From a virus (Duplodnaviria; Caudoviricetes): 64,000 nt of DNA. Position 1 is the first letter of the stretch; every line of letters begins with the position of its first letter. The position numbers were made by a program, and so were the translations under genes. The stretch lies in IMG/VR virus record IMGVR_UViG_3300029288_000151, positions 10,666 through 74,665 of that record, one strand, 5' to 3'. Below the pieces are notes generated by a model. The model saw nothing but the letters and a program-made list of their open reading frames with translations. It did not search any database and had not been told where the DNA came from. This document shows, piece after piece, positions 9,985 through 20,801 of this stretch.

Positions 9985-12900
9985 TAGAGATTGCCTCCTA
10001 CGTTTGGATCCTGAGAGGCATTAAACCATCCGCCCGCAATGCTATCCAAAATATTCCAATTAATTGTAGCAAGGCTTTCTGAAATGTCTGTTCTGTCGTA
10101 CCCATCTTCAAAATCTTCACTCCATTGCACCCATTGACCCCAAAGATTAGCAAAAGAAGATGAGTATTTACTTGCTGCAGCAATACTTGTAAACGGTTTG
10201 CCCCCAAAATATAGAGGATTCATTGTAACCGGATTCCCTGTCTGGCTATGATGCATCAAGAAGAAAGCACCAATCATCATTCCCGCTTTTCCCATTGCGT
10301 TCATTGTAGAATTTTTACCATATAGAACAGTGTCTTTCATTTTGTCAAACAAGGAGACCTGTGTTGCTTTCTGCCTCGCGGCATCAGAAGAAGAGAGCCA
10401 TAACATTGATATAGTATTAAACATAGAATCAAACCACCCTTTGGTAGCCCAATCGTTAGAGTCAACAACCATGTCTGGAGTTATGATAGAGATAAACCCT
10501 TCTTCTTGATTAAAGATATGAATAACCTGTTCAACTTCTATTGGTCCATACATATCATTTACATTGTCCTGTAAACAGATTATGTCATAGGGCTTTATTG
10601 TCTCTTCGCCAATTAAGACAAGTTCTCCCTTATATGAGTCTTTTAACCCCTCAATCAAAAGACCCTGAGCATACCTTTTCGCCATCATCTCAGTAATACA
10701 AGATGGATATACCGCTTCATATTTTCTAATCATATGATCTGGAATATTATCATTTAGTTTCATCGTATAAGTTCCAGACTCTCCCATCTCCACCATTTCG
10801 GTATATTCCTTCGCCTCTCTTTCATTGCTAGTCTCATCTTTCACATCTTCGTCATTTGAATAACGGACTTCAACAGCATTAAAGGTATTCTGTACCGAAG
10901 TTCTTATCTCATTCTTAAGAATATGGTATTCAGAAGTTGCCATAAAATAATTTCTGAATGGTCGGTATCTACCAAAGATTCTGCCAAGGTAGAAACCTAA
11001 AGACCTATTATCTATGTTGTTCCCACTAGTTATAATAGCTTTATATAAATCTGGATTTATCTTACTAAGAGCTGCCAACTTTTGTTTGGTATTAGGATTG
11101 TTCATTATCTCTTTAAGATTTCCGGAAAGCTTACCATAAGAAGAAATCTGATCTGTCCAAAGAGTAGAAATTATTGATTCTTGTATTGTACAAGCTCGGC
11201 TCCAATAGTTTTGTCCTTTAGGGCCAAAGAACATCGTCATTCTTGGCGAGTGCCCGTATGGAACAGCAAGAGAAACATATCCGGGATGGCGTAACTCATG
11301 CTCTTTAAAAATTTCCCAAGGAGTAATCATTAAAGGGCGATAAGCACAGGCATTATTCCAGACCCGGTCTCCCGCACCAGAATAAACCGTATAAGGAGGA
11401 GGGAAAATATTATCATCCTGAGGCTGGTTTAAAAAGTTATTTTTCTTGAGCATAACATTCATACTCGCTTGCGCCCAAGAATCAAGAGGATTCAGACTAA
11501 GCAAATCAGTGCCATAACCACCAGTTAACTGACTTCTAACTTCTGCTGGATTATATGTTGGATTGAAATCTTGTCTACCAAAGTGCATAACAAATGGCTG
11601 TATGATTGCCGCAGACAAAGCTTGCATAGAAGAATAAAAGGTAACATCCTCTTCAAATGCCCCTACTGTGGACGCTTCAAGCTCTGCCCCGTATCCCTGA
11701 CATAAGATTTCAAGAATCTTCCCATCTTCATTTGGCTCAATCTCAACAATCTGACCAAGAAAAACCGTTTCTAAAACTTCACTATCATTAGCATAGCCGA
11801 GGCGAATTTGTACCTTTACCCCATCCTGCAAGATCATATTGGCAAAAGGATTCTCTCTGCTTGTCTCTGCAAAGAATCCAGTAGCGTCTTCTACTGCTTT
11901 TTCGTTAGCAAGTATCTGATCTTCTGTTTCTCCAAATCTTTTGCGTAATAAAATTCCAGCGACATTCGTCATTCTAATGATAGCAAGATCGGCAGCTACT
12001 TTTCTTGATCTAATAACTCTAATCTCTTGGATAGATGAGTAACTATAGAAGTCATCAAATGCTCTATAATTTTTAGTTCCCTGCTCACTGTCTTCGTCAA
12101 TGAAATAGATTCTAAATGTCGGATAGGCACGGCGCATAGAGATATCTTTCTTGCGCGAGCCGACAGAAAGTTCTGCGATAGAACGGGAAACAAGAGTGGC
12201 CGTATCAATCGTTGTGGCTGGAACAGAAGCAATTTTATTTAATGTTTGCTTTGTCTCTGCTATTTTTGATGTTATTTCTGCCGACGACGAAGACGCAATA
12301 ATTTGGTTGTTATTCTCAGAAGTCCCTTGTAAATCTGACCGATCAGACTCTGCCTCGGGAATATTCCGTTCTCCATTTAATCCACGATCGGTCTCTAAAC
12401 TATCTACATTCGGGCCGACAAGGAACTCTTTTGGAACTTCTACGACTCCGTCCTTTGTAACCGTACCATAGACAGAAGCCTTTATGTTCTCAATAGCCTG
12501 TTTCTTGTCTTGAACACTAAGCTGAGATCGGATTCCTTTATCAAGATAGTTTGTAAGATAAGGACTCATAAGAATTGTAGTATTTAAAAACCCATCAAAA
12601 GCCTGTTCTTCTAGCGTTCCTTGTTTTGCCGACAAGACAGAATACTTACTTAACAAATCAGAAGGAGAAAAAGTAACTGATTTCCCGAACATCCCTGCTG
12701 CAAACTGAACAGTATCGTACATAAAACTATTTACTTGCTGCGCTCGAAGAGCAAACCCTAAATTTATCGTTGCTCCAAGATTATTAAAGACACTGTATTC
12801 TCCACCAGAAAGCCAATTAGAAAAACCATATTCAATTCCAAATTGTTCATTCATATTTATTTTTGTTTCTCTAATTTTTGTCGCATTCACAGAAGCATAA

Positions 12901-15900
12901 GTTCCACCAAATAGAGAGTTATATATATAATTATCTATAGAAGCAGCTTCTTTCATTACGTGGATCTTTACATTGGCTTCTAGATTCTTTGGATCATTAT
13001 ATCCAGCAATCGTTGCGTCTTCCAGAGAATCGTCATAGACATAGAACTCTGGTGTTAATGGAACATCAAGGCCAGGCATATCTGGCAGATATAGATCCAT
13101 ATAACACTCGCTCATCTGACCATGGACAACACTCATCAAATACTTATAAACATCCTCTCCAAAATAGGACTTAAAGGAAGCGGAATCTCTTCCGGCATAA
13201 GCCATTGCCCTATCGGCAAGTTGACCAAGCTTGGTTAAAAGTTTTCTATATCTCTGAGAAGCTTCTCGGCTAGAAGCGTCATAGTTTCTATAGATCTCAA
13301 AACCTCGAACCTTCCCTTTGCCGACAATCTCTACTCCTGTTCCTCCAATCAGATTAATCGCTTCTTGCCCCAGCTCTTTGGCGATCTTTTGTTCCCATGT
13401 AGCAGCCTCGCCTTTAACTTTGACTGGCGTATTCATCAAAGGAAATCCTTTAGAAATTTCCTTTACCTCTCTCGCTAGATCATTAGCAATTGATGACAAC
13501 CAATCGGGGCACTTGGGATCTTTTAACTTAACAGAATGCAGATCACTTGCCGTTCTCAGTTGAGAGTAGAACATCATTGACAACATCTTGTCCTGCATCT
13601 CTTTCGTCGCTTTATCGGCTATAGCAGGATTCAACCAGTCTGTCGCAGTAGAAGCCGTAATCCCAATTAAAGTAGATGCTTTAGAAAGAGCAGTCGAATA
13701 ATGATCTGCTGTTCTTACTAGATTTATATTGCCAGTGAGCACATTAAAGATCTGCTCTCCAGAAGAACCAATAGGATGTGCATCTAGATATTTTCTTATC
13801 GCCTCGTTTTCATCTGCTTTTAATAGAGACAATAACCGTTTCCCGATCGCCATCTTGATCTTCCAGTCAATAGCGCCACGCTGATCAAGCTGTTCTTTCC
13901 GGATATCCTGCGCGACGAACTCAACAACGAAGTCGTATAAGTCTACTGACCCTTCTGTTGATTGTTCAGAAGTTTCGGAAATCACAATATTTTTTATCTT
14001 CGCCAAAGAGAAGATATTATTAATACTTGATGGTTGTTCGTTGTTCTGCCAACCAACCTGGATAGAACCAGAACCAAGGATATTGCTAAACGTTCTTGAG
14101 ATGGCTTGTGTCTCTTCAACCATCCTCTTAAGATTCCGAATAGCAATACGTCCTTCTTCTCCGCCAGCTCTAAAGACAAGAGTTCCTGCTCTATTGCCAG
14201 CACCCAAGAATTGCCAAGCACAGCGGTCTTGACCAATAAGCTTCATCTTGGCAAGACGATGACCAAAAGTAATTGTGGCGGCAGCAAGAGCAATATTGGG
14301 CATTGAATGGCTAGTATCCCCGCCAACGATAAGAGGATCTGGCACTTGCCAGAATACGTTTCTAACAGAAGGGTCTTCGGTATAAAGCTCCCACCCAGCA
14401 GCTCTCTGATTAGTTATCCACTCTGTCCGTTTCTCTACACTCCTTGTGTCCTTCTCCCTTCTTTGCTCTTCCTTTTCTATCTCTTGCTGAGCTTTGAAAT
14501 CGTCAACAGTCTCTTCCTGTAAGTCTACTTGCTCGTCAGCCGTTTCTGTCATTGCAGAATCAGCTAATTCTTCTGAGCGAGAAGGAGCTGGTTTTGGCTG
14601 AACAGATTCTGCATTGATAGTAACGTCACTATCACAGATTGCCCCATCGTTAGAGGAGAGGATCCTCACTCCGGGAGAGAGAACTGTTTTTGCTCCATGC
14701 GCGGATAAGTATAAGTTACCATAATAAATAACAGGAGGAACTCGTTTAGAGTATTCCTTGTCTATATCCTTATTCGCCAAAGTTAGTCCCGGTTCCGCAA
14801 AATCAGTATAACCTATGACGCTTGTAGTATATTCAGAACCTTTGTACCCTTTTGCAGTCTTATTTAATAACCTTACTTTCGCCGTTGGCATTGGGATTAA
14901 ACCAGCAGCAAACCGATTGACAACGTTTCGAACAGACGGGGGAAAATCGTTCCAGGTAGATTCTTGTGTCTTTTTCTTGTTCTTATCTCCATCAGACCAC
15001 GCAGAAGGATCTTTCTTCTTCCAGGCAGTACGGTTGAGAGGTTCTGAATAAGCCACCAAGAAGCGTCCAAACCTTGAGCCTCCAACACACATAAACCTTT
15101 GGAACATCGCCCAAAGCATCCAAGCATATTCGCTTGTTCTTCTACTCGCTTTACTTTCTGTCCATGACCGTGTTTCTCCAGCACAAAGACGTGCCATCAT
15201 AAATCGATCATAATCGGTTATCCAATAAGAAGGATGAGTCCCTCCTGTAAAACGACCTTGTTTTAAAGTTCCACCGGCACTAGCAGTAGTCGAAAAATCC
15301 TGTGAAGCATATTTTTCTGCAGCAGTAGGAGCTTCTGCCCCAGGAGTCTGACCAGAACCAGAAGTCTTATTTCTCGCATCGAAGAACGGAGGAATGGCCT
15401 TAAAACTTGTATCCGAACGGAAGAAGTCTTTCGCACTTCCAGCTCCAGCATAAGCCTCTGGAGATGTTGGGTTTATATACTTGAATCTGACCCAAGAGAA
15501 AGAGAGGAAGTCATCATTGTGTTCCCCACAGAGAGGCATCAGGCTTTCTAGATGGTCGGCGTAGTACATCCAAGTTTGAGAATACATTGGATATACTACC
15601 GGCGTATTTATGCCATTAATTACTGAATCTAGTTGCGCTGCACTGGCCGCCTTAGCGAAAATACTTGCCGAGTAATCCTGAGTCTCATAAGTATTAAAAC
15701 CTGTTGCTTTTACCGTGGACTCGTCATTGTCTTTAACATCTTCTTCCCCAGCCGTTGGCTCTTCTACTGGCACTGGTAATTTGGCGTTATACCAAAAATG
15801 CTTTGAGAATGGGGCATAGTTAAAAGACGCTAACTGTAGATCAAGATATACCGTACCGGGCTGATCTGCGCTTACGCGCATAGCTCCAGTATAGAGGACA

Positions 15901-16328
15901 AAGATCATATTAGCATCAGATGACGGACAAAGAGATTCTCTGACTTTATTGTTTTCTATAAATACAAAAGGGTGATGGATAAGCTCTGCTATAAGTCTAC
16001 GAAGGACAACGGTCTGTTCTGATCCTTCCTTGAACGCCAAAGTAAAATTAACGAATCCTACCTCTTGCCCTTTCGCTTCTACAACAGGAGAAGATGTTCT
16101 GAGCGTCTCTGCAACGAACACATCTGAAACATTATTGATTTTAATTGATGTGGCCGGGACACTATCAAAAACTATGTCGTTGATTACAAGGAAATCTGAC
16201 GGCAGCTTCCTAACGGATTCACGCGCCGAATATTCGACTTCTTCTCCTGAGTTCTTAAACGCAATGATCTTCTCAATCTCTGCGTTTTGAACTGCTCTTT
16301 GCTGGTAATCGTTTGTAGTCTTGGCCAT
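9984..16328 (-). CDS. Large baseplate hub protein with an internal cell-wall-hydrolase-like segment
   Basis: 2114 aa upstream of the spike. The C-terminal part has hub-like patterns (QDGVKVQIRLGY, VFLGQIVEI, LIGEETIKPYD). Internal DRFMMARLCAGET resembles SleB/Hydrolase_2. Confidence 0.65.
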   Translation of the reverse strand: MAKTTNDYQQRAVQNAEIEKIIAFKNSGEEVEYSARESVRKLPSDFLVINDIVFDSVPATSIKINNVSDVFVAETLRTSSPVVEAKGQEVGFVNFTLAFKEGSEQTVVLRRLIAELIHHPFVFIENNKVRESLCPSSDANMIFVLYTGAMRVSADQPGTVYLDLQLASFNYAPFSKHFWYNAKLPVPVEEPTAGEEDVKDNDESTVKATGFNTYETQDYSASIFAKAASAAQLDSVINGINTPVVYPMYSQTWMYYADHLESLMPLCGEHNDDFLSFSWVRFKYINPTSPEAYAGAGSAKDFFRSDTSFKAIPPFFDARNKTSGSGQTPGAEAPTAAEKYASQDFSTTASAGGTLKQGRFTGGTHPSYWITDYDRFMMARLCAGETRSWTESKASRRTSEYAWMLWAMFQRFMCVGGSRFGRFLVAYSEPLNRTAWKKKDPSAWSDGDKNKKKTQESTWNDFPPSVRNVVNRFAAGLIPMPTAKVRLLNKTAKGYKGSEYTTSVIGYTDFAEPGLTLANKDIDKEYSKRVPPVIYYGNLYLSAHGAKTVLSPGVRILSSNDGAICDSDVTINAESVQPKPAPSRSEELADSAMTETADEQVDLQEETVDDFKAQQEIEKEEQRREKDTRSVEKRTEWITNQRAAGWELYTEDPSVRNVFWQVPDPLIVGGDTSHSMPNIALAAATITFGHRLAKMKLIGQDRCAWQFLGAGNRAGTLVFRAGGEEGRIAIRNLKRMVEETQAISRTFSNILGSGSIQVGWQNNEQPSSINNIFSLAKIKNIVISETSEQSTEGSVDLYDFVVEFVAQDIRKEQLDQRGAIDWKIKMAIGKRLLSLLKADENEAIRKYLDAHPIGSSGEQIFNVLTGNINLVRTADHYSTALSKASTLIGITASTATDWLNPAIADKATKEMQDKMLSMMFYSQLRTASDLHSVKLKDPKCPDWLSSIANDLAREVKEISKGFPLMNTPVKVKGEAATWEQKIAKELGQEAINLIGGTGVEIVGKGKVRGFEIYRNYDASSREASQRYRKLLTKLGQLADRAMAYAGRDSASFKSYFGEDVYKYLMSVVHGQMSECYMDLYLPDMPGLDVPLTPEFYVYDDSLEDATIAGYNDPKNLEANVKIHVMKEAASIDNYIYNSLFGGTYASVNATKIRETKINMNEQFGIEYGFSNWLSGGEYSVFNNLGATINLGFALRAQQVNSFMYDTVQFAAGMFGKSVTFSPSDLLSKYSVLSAKQGTLEEQAFDGFLNTTILMSPYLTNYLDKGIRSQLSVQDKKQAIENIKASVYGTVTKDGVVEVPKEFLVGPNVDSLETDRGLNGERNIPEAESDRSDLQGTSENNNQIIASSSSAEITSKIAETKQTLNKIASVPATTIDTATLVSRSIAELSVGSRKKDISMRRAYPTFRIYFIDEDSEQGTKNYRAFDDFYSYSSIQEIRVIRSRKVAADLAIIRMTNVAGILLRKRFGETEDQILANEKAVEDATGFFAETSRENPFANMILQDGVKVQIRLGYANDSEVLETVFLGQIVEIEPNEDGKILEILCQGYGAELEASTVGAFEEDVTFYSSMQALSAAIIQPFVMHFGRQDFNPTYNPAEVRSQLTGGYGTDLLSLNPLDSWAQASMNVMLKKNNFLNQPQDDNIFPPPYTVYSGAGDRVWNNACAYRPLMITPWEIFKEHELRHPGYVSLAVPYGHSPRMTMFFGPKGQNYWSRACTIQESIISTLWTDQISSYGKLSGNLKEIMNNPNTKQKLAALSKINPDLYKAIITSGNNIDNRSLGFYLGRIFGRYRPFRNYFMATSEYHILKNEIRTSVQNTFNAVEVRYSNDEDVKDETSNEREAKEYTEMVEMGESGTYTMKLNDNIPDHMIRKYEAVYPSCITEMMAKRYAQGLLIEGLKDSYKGELVLIGEETIKPYDIICLQDNVNDMYGPIEVEQVIHIFNQEEGFISIITPDMVVDSNDWATKGWFDSMFNTISMLWLSSSDAARQKATQVSLFDKMKDTVLYGKNSTMNAMGKAGMMIGAFFLMHHSQTGNPVTMNPLYFGGKPFTSIAAASKYSSSFANLWGQWVQWSEDFEDGYDRTDISESLATINWNILDSIAGGWFNASQDPNVGGNL

Positions 16329-16330
16329 AA

Positions 16331-19300
16331 TTACATCTGTTCGTGAATTTTGTTAGCGAGCATACGAGGATCCATAGCCGAACGATTATCGTTAACATGC
16401 ATCCGAGCATTAACACTAGAAGAATTCATAGAAGAAGCATACCTCATTGCCCCATTATAATCCTTATCCAAATCACGAGAGTCATAACTGCCAGTCATTC
16501 TTGAAGAAGGGAGAGAATAGGTTCTAGGACTTCGTTGTATCCTGGCCTTTGGAATCGACATTCCCGGTCCAGAGGGAGGCATGGAATTCATCATGTCCAC
16601 ATTATGGCCACCAGCAGGGCCTTCCTTGTTTGGATTTTTAAGAGAACCAGAGACAGCTGGCGCAGACATCATTATAGCAGCCCCAGCTAAAGCCCCCAAA
16701 ACCAAAGGCTTTTTAGCTCGGGACATAACCGAAGCTACTTGTGAGGCTTTATTGGTTAATCCTTTTATCCTTCTAGAAGCCATAGATAAGATGTTTCCTT
16801 CTCCTTCCTCAATACCACGAACCATTCTTTGTCCTACGTCAAGACTCAGTCCTTCCCTAGAGAAAGCAAGATGTTCAGCCATCCTTTCCCTGGTCAGCTG
16901 GCGGCTTCCTTTGCTAGCGGCGGCAAGCTCATGTGACAACTCAACTTCTCTCTGAGACGCACGCAATGCCTCAACAGAAGTTCTGGCTGCTTTAGTAGGA
17001 CTGTAATCTAAAGAATAGGACTTCCCCTTTAGCTCAGTAGATAGCTCTCTGCCTTCTCCAAAGACATCTCTAAAAACACCAGCAAGGGCATCTTCGTCTG
17101 CCGTCTCAACCGCCGCGCCAAGACGCTTATAAAGGTCTGCCCCAGCAACCATACCGTGCTTGGCATTGATACTGGCCCTTTCTTCTATGTGCCAGAACAT
17201 AGCAGCAAGCTCGTTATAGTGCTCTGGTTTATTAGCGGAAACTGCTAACTTCATCTTTTGTAATGCAATATTCGTTTCTCCAGCAGCCATCTTCCCATAG
17301 GCAGCAGTCCGAGCTTCTGCCTGTTCAGCAGCCAATCCTCGGAGAGTAGCGCCTGGAACTTCTTTCTCTTTGATTGCCCGATCAAGCATATAATGGTTAG
17401 CTAAATACTTATTATAGTTCTCCTGTATCTCATTAGTAGTAAGCCGACTTACCCTACTCTCTAAATCTTTATTCTTAATGAAGGAGGCAGTAAGCATATC
17501 TTTGTCATAGTCAGCCTTCATCCCCACGTCTTGAGAAAGGTCAGTCAATACATCGCCAACCATTCCCATCTCTCGCGGAGTATAGATCATATAATCCTTG
17601 GCTTCTCTCATCATTCGGAAACGAGAAGCCTGAATGCTTTCTGGCGATACATGAGGATGTCTACCAAGCATTCCTCCAATATCTTCTCCAGCGACAAACC
17701 TTTCTCTCATGGCTCGAAGGCCTTCTTGGTCTGCGGCAGAAGATCTCTCAATAAGCTCGTCAAACATTTCTTCGCCAGTTCTACGAGAGATTCCAGCTGC
17801 TCCTCCCATCCTCTCTGTCATCTCTTGGGACATCCTCTCCGCCGTAAGCTGTCGGGTCCCATAAACACGAGAGGATGCACTACTAAGATTGGCGTATTCA
17901 CGGAAACCAACATCTCTTAGATTCTTTGCTGCCGCCTCTATACTTTCTGTCTCTCCTCCTGCAGCCGCCTGTAACTCTCCGAAAGCCTTGGACAATTCAG
18001 ACTGGAATACTTCTCCCTTGGCAGAGACAGGAAGCATAGCCGACATTTCAGACATACCAGGTCGATATATTCTAGAGGCTCCTCCGAAGGCCTCGACTCC
18101 TTTCCCTAAATCAAGCCACTGGCCAGCCTCTCCTACTGGCCCGGCCTTATTAATAGCAACAGCTTCTGGACCCAAGAGTGCTTCCAGTTTACCTGGCCCC
18201 ATGCCAACAAGAGACTCCTGCATCCTTTGGGCTGCCAGAAGACCCTTTGGTTTCTCAAACCTGGTAACGATATCGGCGGCTAAATCTGAACCAAGTGTTG
18301 CGTCTCCTGCATAACTTTTCTGTGCCAACAAACGGATGCCTGCTGGGTCCATCTTCATACGTCCACCGGCACCTCCTTCCATCGGGAGGTCACCAAGGAA
18401 CATACTTTCAAGGCCATAGACACCTTTTGATCCAGAGATCATTTTTGTCTCAGCCTCAGATAACAATCCTTCTTCTGCCATCCTGGCTAATTGTGCCTGG
18501 GGGATCATGCCAAAGATAGAAGGAGCATGCTCTTCTCCCATAAGACCAAGTATCCTTGCCCCGCCAACAATCCTCTTCTGCAAAATGTATTGAAGTTCTT
18601 CTGTAGAAACCTGGCCAGCAGAAGCAGCTGCCTCGTTAAGACCAAGATAGTTGACTTGGTTCGATAAGAATCCTCTTGCCGCCGGAGAAGCTTTTCTCCA
18701 AACATCTGCTTTATTAATATCAAAATTATCTAGTCCCTCTGCCGCGAACAAAGACATTGCTGACATCTGCTGTGCAAACAAAGCATACGGTGTTTTTGCT
18801 AGCCGCTCGGCGCTCATAAAAGCATTAACTGTGTTCCCGCCAATTGCTGTCTTGGCCCCCGCCGCCACTGCACCAATCATCTCATTGATTACTCTTTGAT
18901 CTTGTGCCTTCATCATGTTCTTGGTGGCATCGCCAAACATCTTACCAATCATGCCTTCTTGCATGCGGTATTTCTCTCGCAGGTAAACGGCGACAACATC
19001 TTTCTTTACCGGACGAGCACCAATTATTTCCTGCGTTATCCCCTCTACCCCTCCACCACGAACGGCTCTACCTTCTGCACCAATACCAATCATCTGACCT
19101 TGATTAAGAGGGACAGGAGAAGATAATTTTATTGATTGTCCAATTTGAAGACCATTGCGATTTGCTTCGATTACTTCTTGGACAGCCTGGTTTATATCAA
19201 GTCCCGGCGCATAACGGATCTGCTTTGACACAACACGCTCAAACTCCATTGTTCCAGAAACTTTTGTAGAAATTAGTCCCATCTCTTTGGCAAGCGCTTC

Positions 19301-20800
19301 TCTTGCTGCCGCAGACTCGAAACCTCCGGCTCCTGGTTTCGCATAGAAGGTTAGTAATTGAGGAGCGACATGGGCTTCGCGACCAGAAAAAGATAAAGCT
19401 TTCTGTGTTTCGTTTGATGCCCAATCACCAAGTTCTGTCTCTATCCCCATTAGCCGATTGTATTCTGGCCCAACGAAAGGTCTTTCTAACCGATGCATGT
19501 ATTTCCCTAAAGAGCCAGAAAACCTAAATCGATCGCCAGAAGCAAGAGCTTTCGCTTCTGCAGAAAGGCCCCACTCTTCTCTAAGGAATCTCAATGGCAT
19601 TTGGCTGGTTGGGAACATCTCTCCAAGAGCATTTCCATAAAGCATCCGACGAACATCTTGTCGGTACAGAGTTCCAGAACCAATCGCTCCTTGGCTTGTC
19701 CCACCAAACAACCCAGAAGCCAACGCCTCGTCTAAGACATCAGGAGTCATATTCTTTCCAGAATACACAGACTGAAGAGGGATTAGCTTCCTCTTGGCAA
19801 GTCCACCAGAAGTCAGGAACTCTTCTGGGTGTTGCCAAATTGCTAATCTTTTCCCAGCTTCATTCGCATTCAGATTATCTATTAGTCGTGCATTGGTATT
19901 GATAACAGCATGTTTCGCCGAACGGGCTTTGTCTTTCTCGGCACGGAGAGCAGACAAGTAAGACTCAGCATATCCTATCGCCTCTAACCCTTTCGTGCTC
20001 CCTCTGGAGAGGTCATAGCCTTTGCGCAAAACATATCGCTGTTCAAAGTTTTTACCTAGTGGCAAGATATCTGTTTCGCCCAATGGCAAGTCTATCCTTG
20101 CAGAAGAACCCTTAACGTTAGTCCTCATCATTCTAACGCCACCAACAGAGACAAGAGACGACTTGCCGATACTCTTCTCTCCAAGGATCTCTTTTAAAGA
20201 GGCCTGAATCTTTTCGTAAGCTGCTCTCTCTCCGCTACTTAAACTTCTAAGATCCACTCTGTCTGGCCGGGACGGGAGGATTGCCTGAGAAATTATTGTG
20301 GCTCCAAACTCCTTATTGTAAACATTGCCTCTTGTTATCTTCTCTATCTCTTTCTCAAACAGATTCGCGTTCCCACCATAAGCTCCAATTGTTTTAGCTG
20401 CTTGTCCATATGCTTCTAATGGAGTACTAGAGTTAGCCAAAATTCCCTGAAAGGCAGCATAGGCTTGTTTGTGGGCCGTCGGTTTATTCCCGGCCATTAT
20501 GGATTCGTATGCCGCACGAGCGATGTCGTGCTTCATCTCTCCATGATTAGCAGAACCAGTAATCATATTCCCAAAGTATTCTAACGGGCGGATCTCCGAA
20601 GTAACTGCTGGCTCTACAAGGGAACCTAACTCTCTTACTCTTTTCGCCGCTGAAGTATAATCATAGAGTGGTCTTTTAACCGCAGTTGCAAGATCCTGCC
20701 AGTGGTTGCGCATGCCAATACCGAACCCTATTATTGGCGCGGCAGCAGCACTAGCACCCCATAGACTTGATCTTTCTTCTATATCTTGGTAGGTCGCCAA
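16331..20800 (-). CDS. Candidate single-chain two-barrel (DPBB) RNA polymerase-like virion protein
   Basis: Ordered motifs: VAVYLREKYRMQEGMIGKMFGDATK (beta-like; K620, K627), DLPMEGGAGGRMKM (beta switch-like), MLGRHPHVSPESIQA (R1047), ADYDKD (aa 1096-1101, DxDxD), GETN, INAKHG. C-terminal hydrophobic helix; TTG start. Confidence 0.7.
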   Translation of the reverse strand: MATYQDIEERSSLWGASAAAAPIIGFGIGMRNHWQDLATAVKRPLYDYTSAAKRVRELGSLVEPAVTSEIRPLEYFGNMITGSANHGEMKHDIARAAYESIMAGNKPTAHKQAYAAFQGILANSSTPLEAYGQAAKTIGAYGGNANLFEKEIEKITRGNVYNKEFGATIISQAILPSRPDRVDLRSLSSGERAAYEKIQASLKEILGEKSIGKSSLVSVGGVRMMRTNVKGSSARIDLPLGETDILPLGKNFEQRYVLRKGYDLSRGSTKGLEAIGYAESYLSALRAEKDKARSAKHAVINTNARLIDNLNANEAGKRLAIWQHPEEFLTSGGLAKRKLIPLQSVYSGKNMTPDVLDEALASGLFGGTSQGAIGSGTLYRQDVRRMLYGNALGEMFPTSQMPLRFLREEWGLSAEAKALASGDRFRFSGSLGKYMHRLERPFVGPEYNRLMGIETELGDWASNETQKALSFSGREAHVAPQLLTFYAKPGAGGFESAAAREALAKEMGLISTKVSGTMEFERVVSKQIRYAPGLDINQAVQEVIEANRNGLQIGQSIKLSSPVPLNQGQMIGIGAEGRAVRGGGVEGITQEIIGARPVKKDVVAVYLREKYRMQEGMIGKMFGDATKNMMKAQDQRVINEMIGAVAAGAKTAIGGNTVNAFMSAERLAKTPYALFAQQMSAMSLFAAEGLDNFDINKADVWRKASPAARGFLSNQVNYLGLNEAAASAGQVSTEELQYILQKRIVGGARILGLMGEEHAPSIFGMIPQAQLARMAEEGLLSEAETKMISGSKGVYGLESMFLGDLPMEGGAGGRMKMDPAGIRLLAQKSYAGDATLGSDLAADIVTRFEKPKGLLAAQRMQESLVGMGPGKLEALLGPEAVAINKAGPVGEAGQWLDLGKGVEAFGGASRIYRPGMSEMSAMLPVSAKGEVFQSELSKAFGELQAAAGGETESIEAAAKNLRDVGFREYANLSSASSRVYGTRQLTAERMSQEMTERMGGAAGISRRTGEEMFDELIERSSAADQEGLRAMRERFVAGEDIGGMLGRHPHVSPESIQASRFRMMREAKDYMIYTPREMGMVGDVLTDLSQDVGMKADYDKDMLTASFIKNKDLESRVSRLTTNEIQENYNKYLANHYMLDRAIKEKEVPGATLRGLAAEQAEARTAAYGKMAAGETNIALQKMKLAVSANKPEHYNELAAMFWHIEERASINAKHGMVAGADLYKRLGAAVETADEDALAGVFRDVFGEGRELSTELKGKSYSLDYSPTKAARTSVEALRASQREVELSHELAAASKGSRQLTRERMAEHLAFSREGLSLDVGQRMVRGIEEGEGNILSMASRRIKGLTNKASQVASVMSRAKKPLVLGALAGAAIMMSAPAVSGSLKNPNKEGPAGGHNVDMMNSMPPSGPGMSIPKARIQRSPRTYSLPSSRMTGSYDSRDLDKDYNGAMRYASSMNSSSVNARMHVNDNRSAMDPRMLANKIHEQM

Positions 20801-20801
20801 A

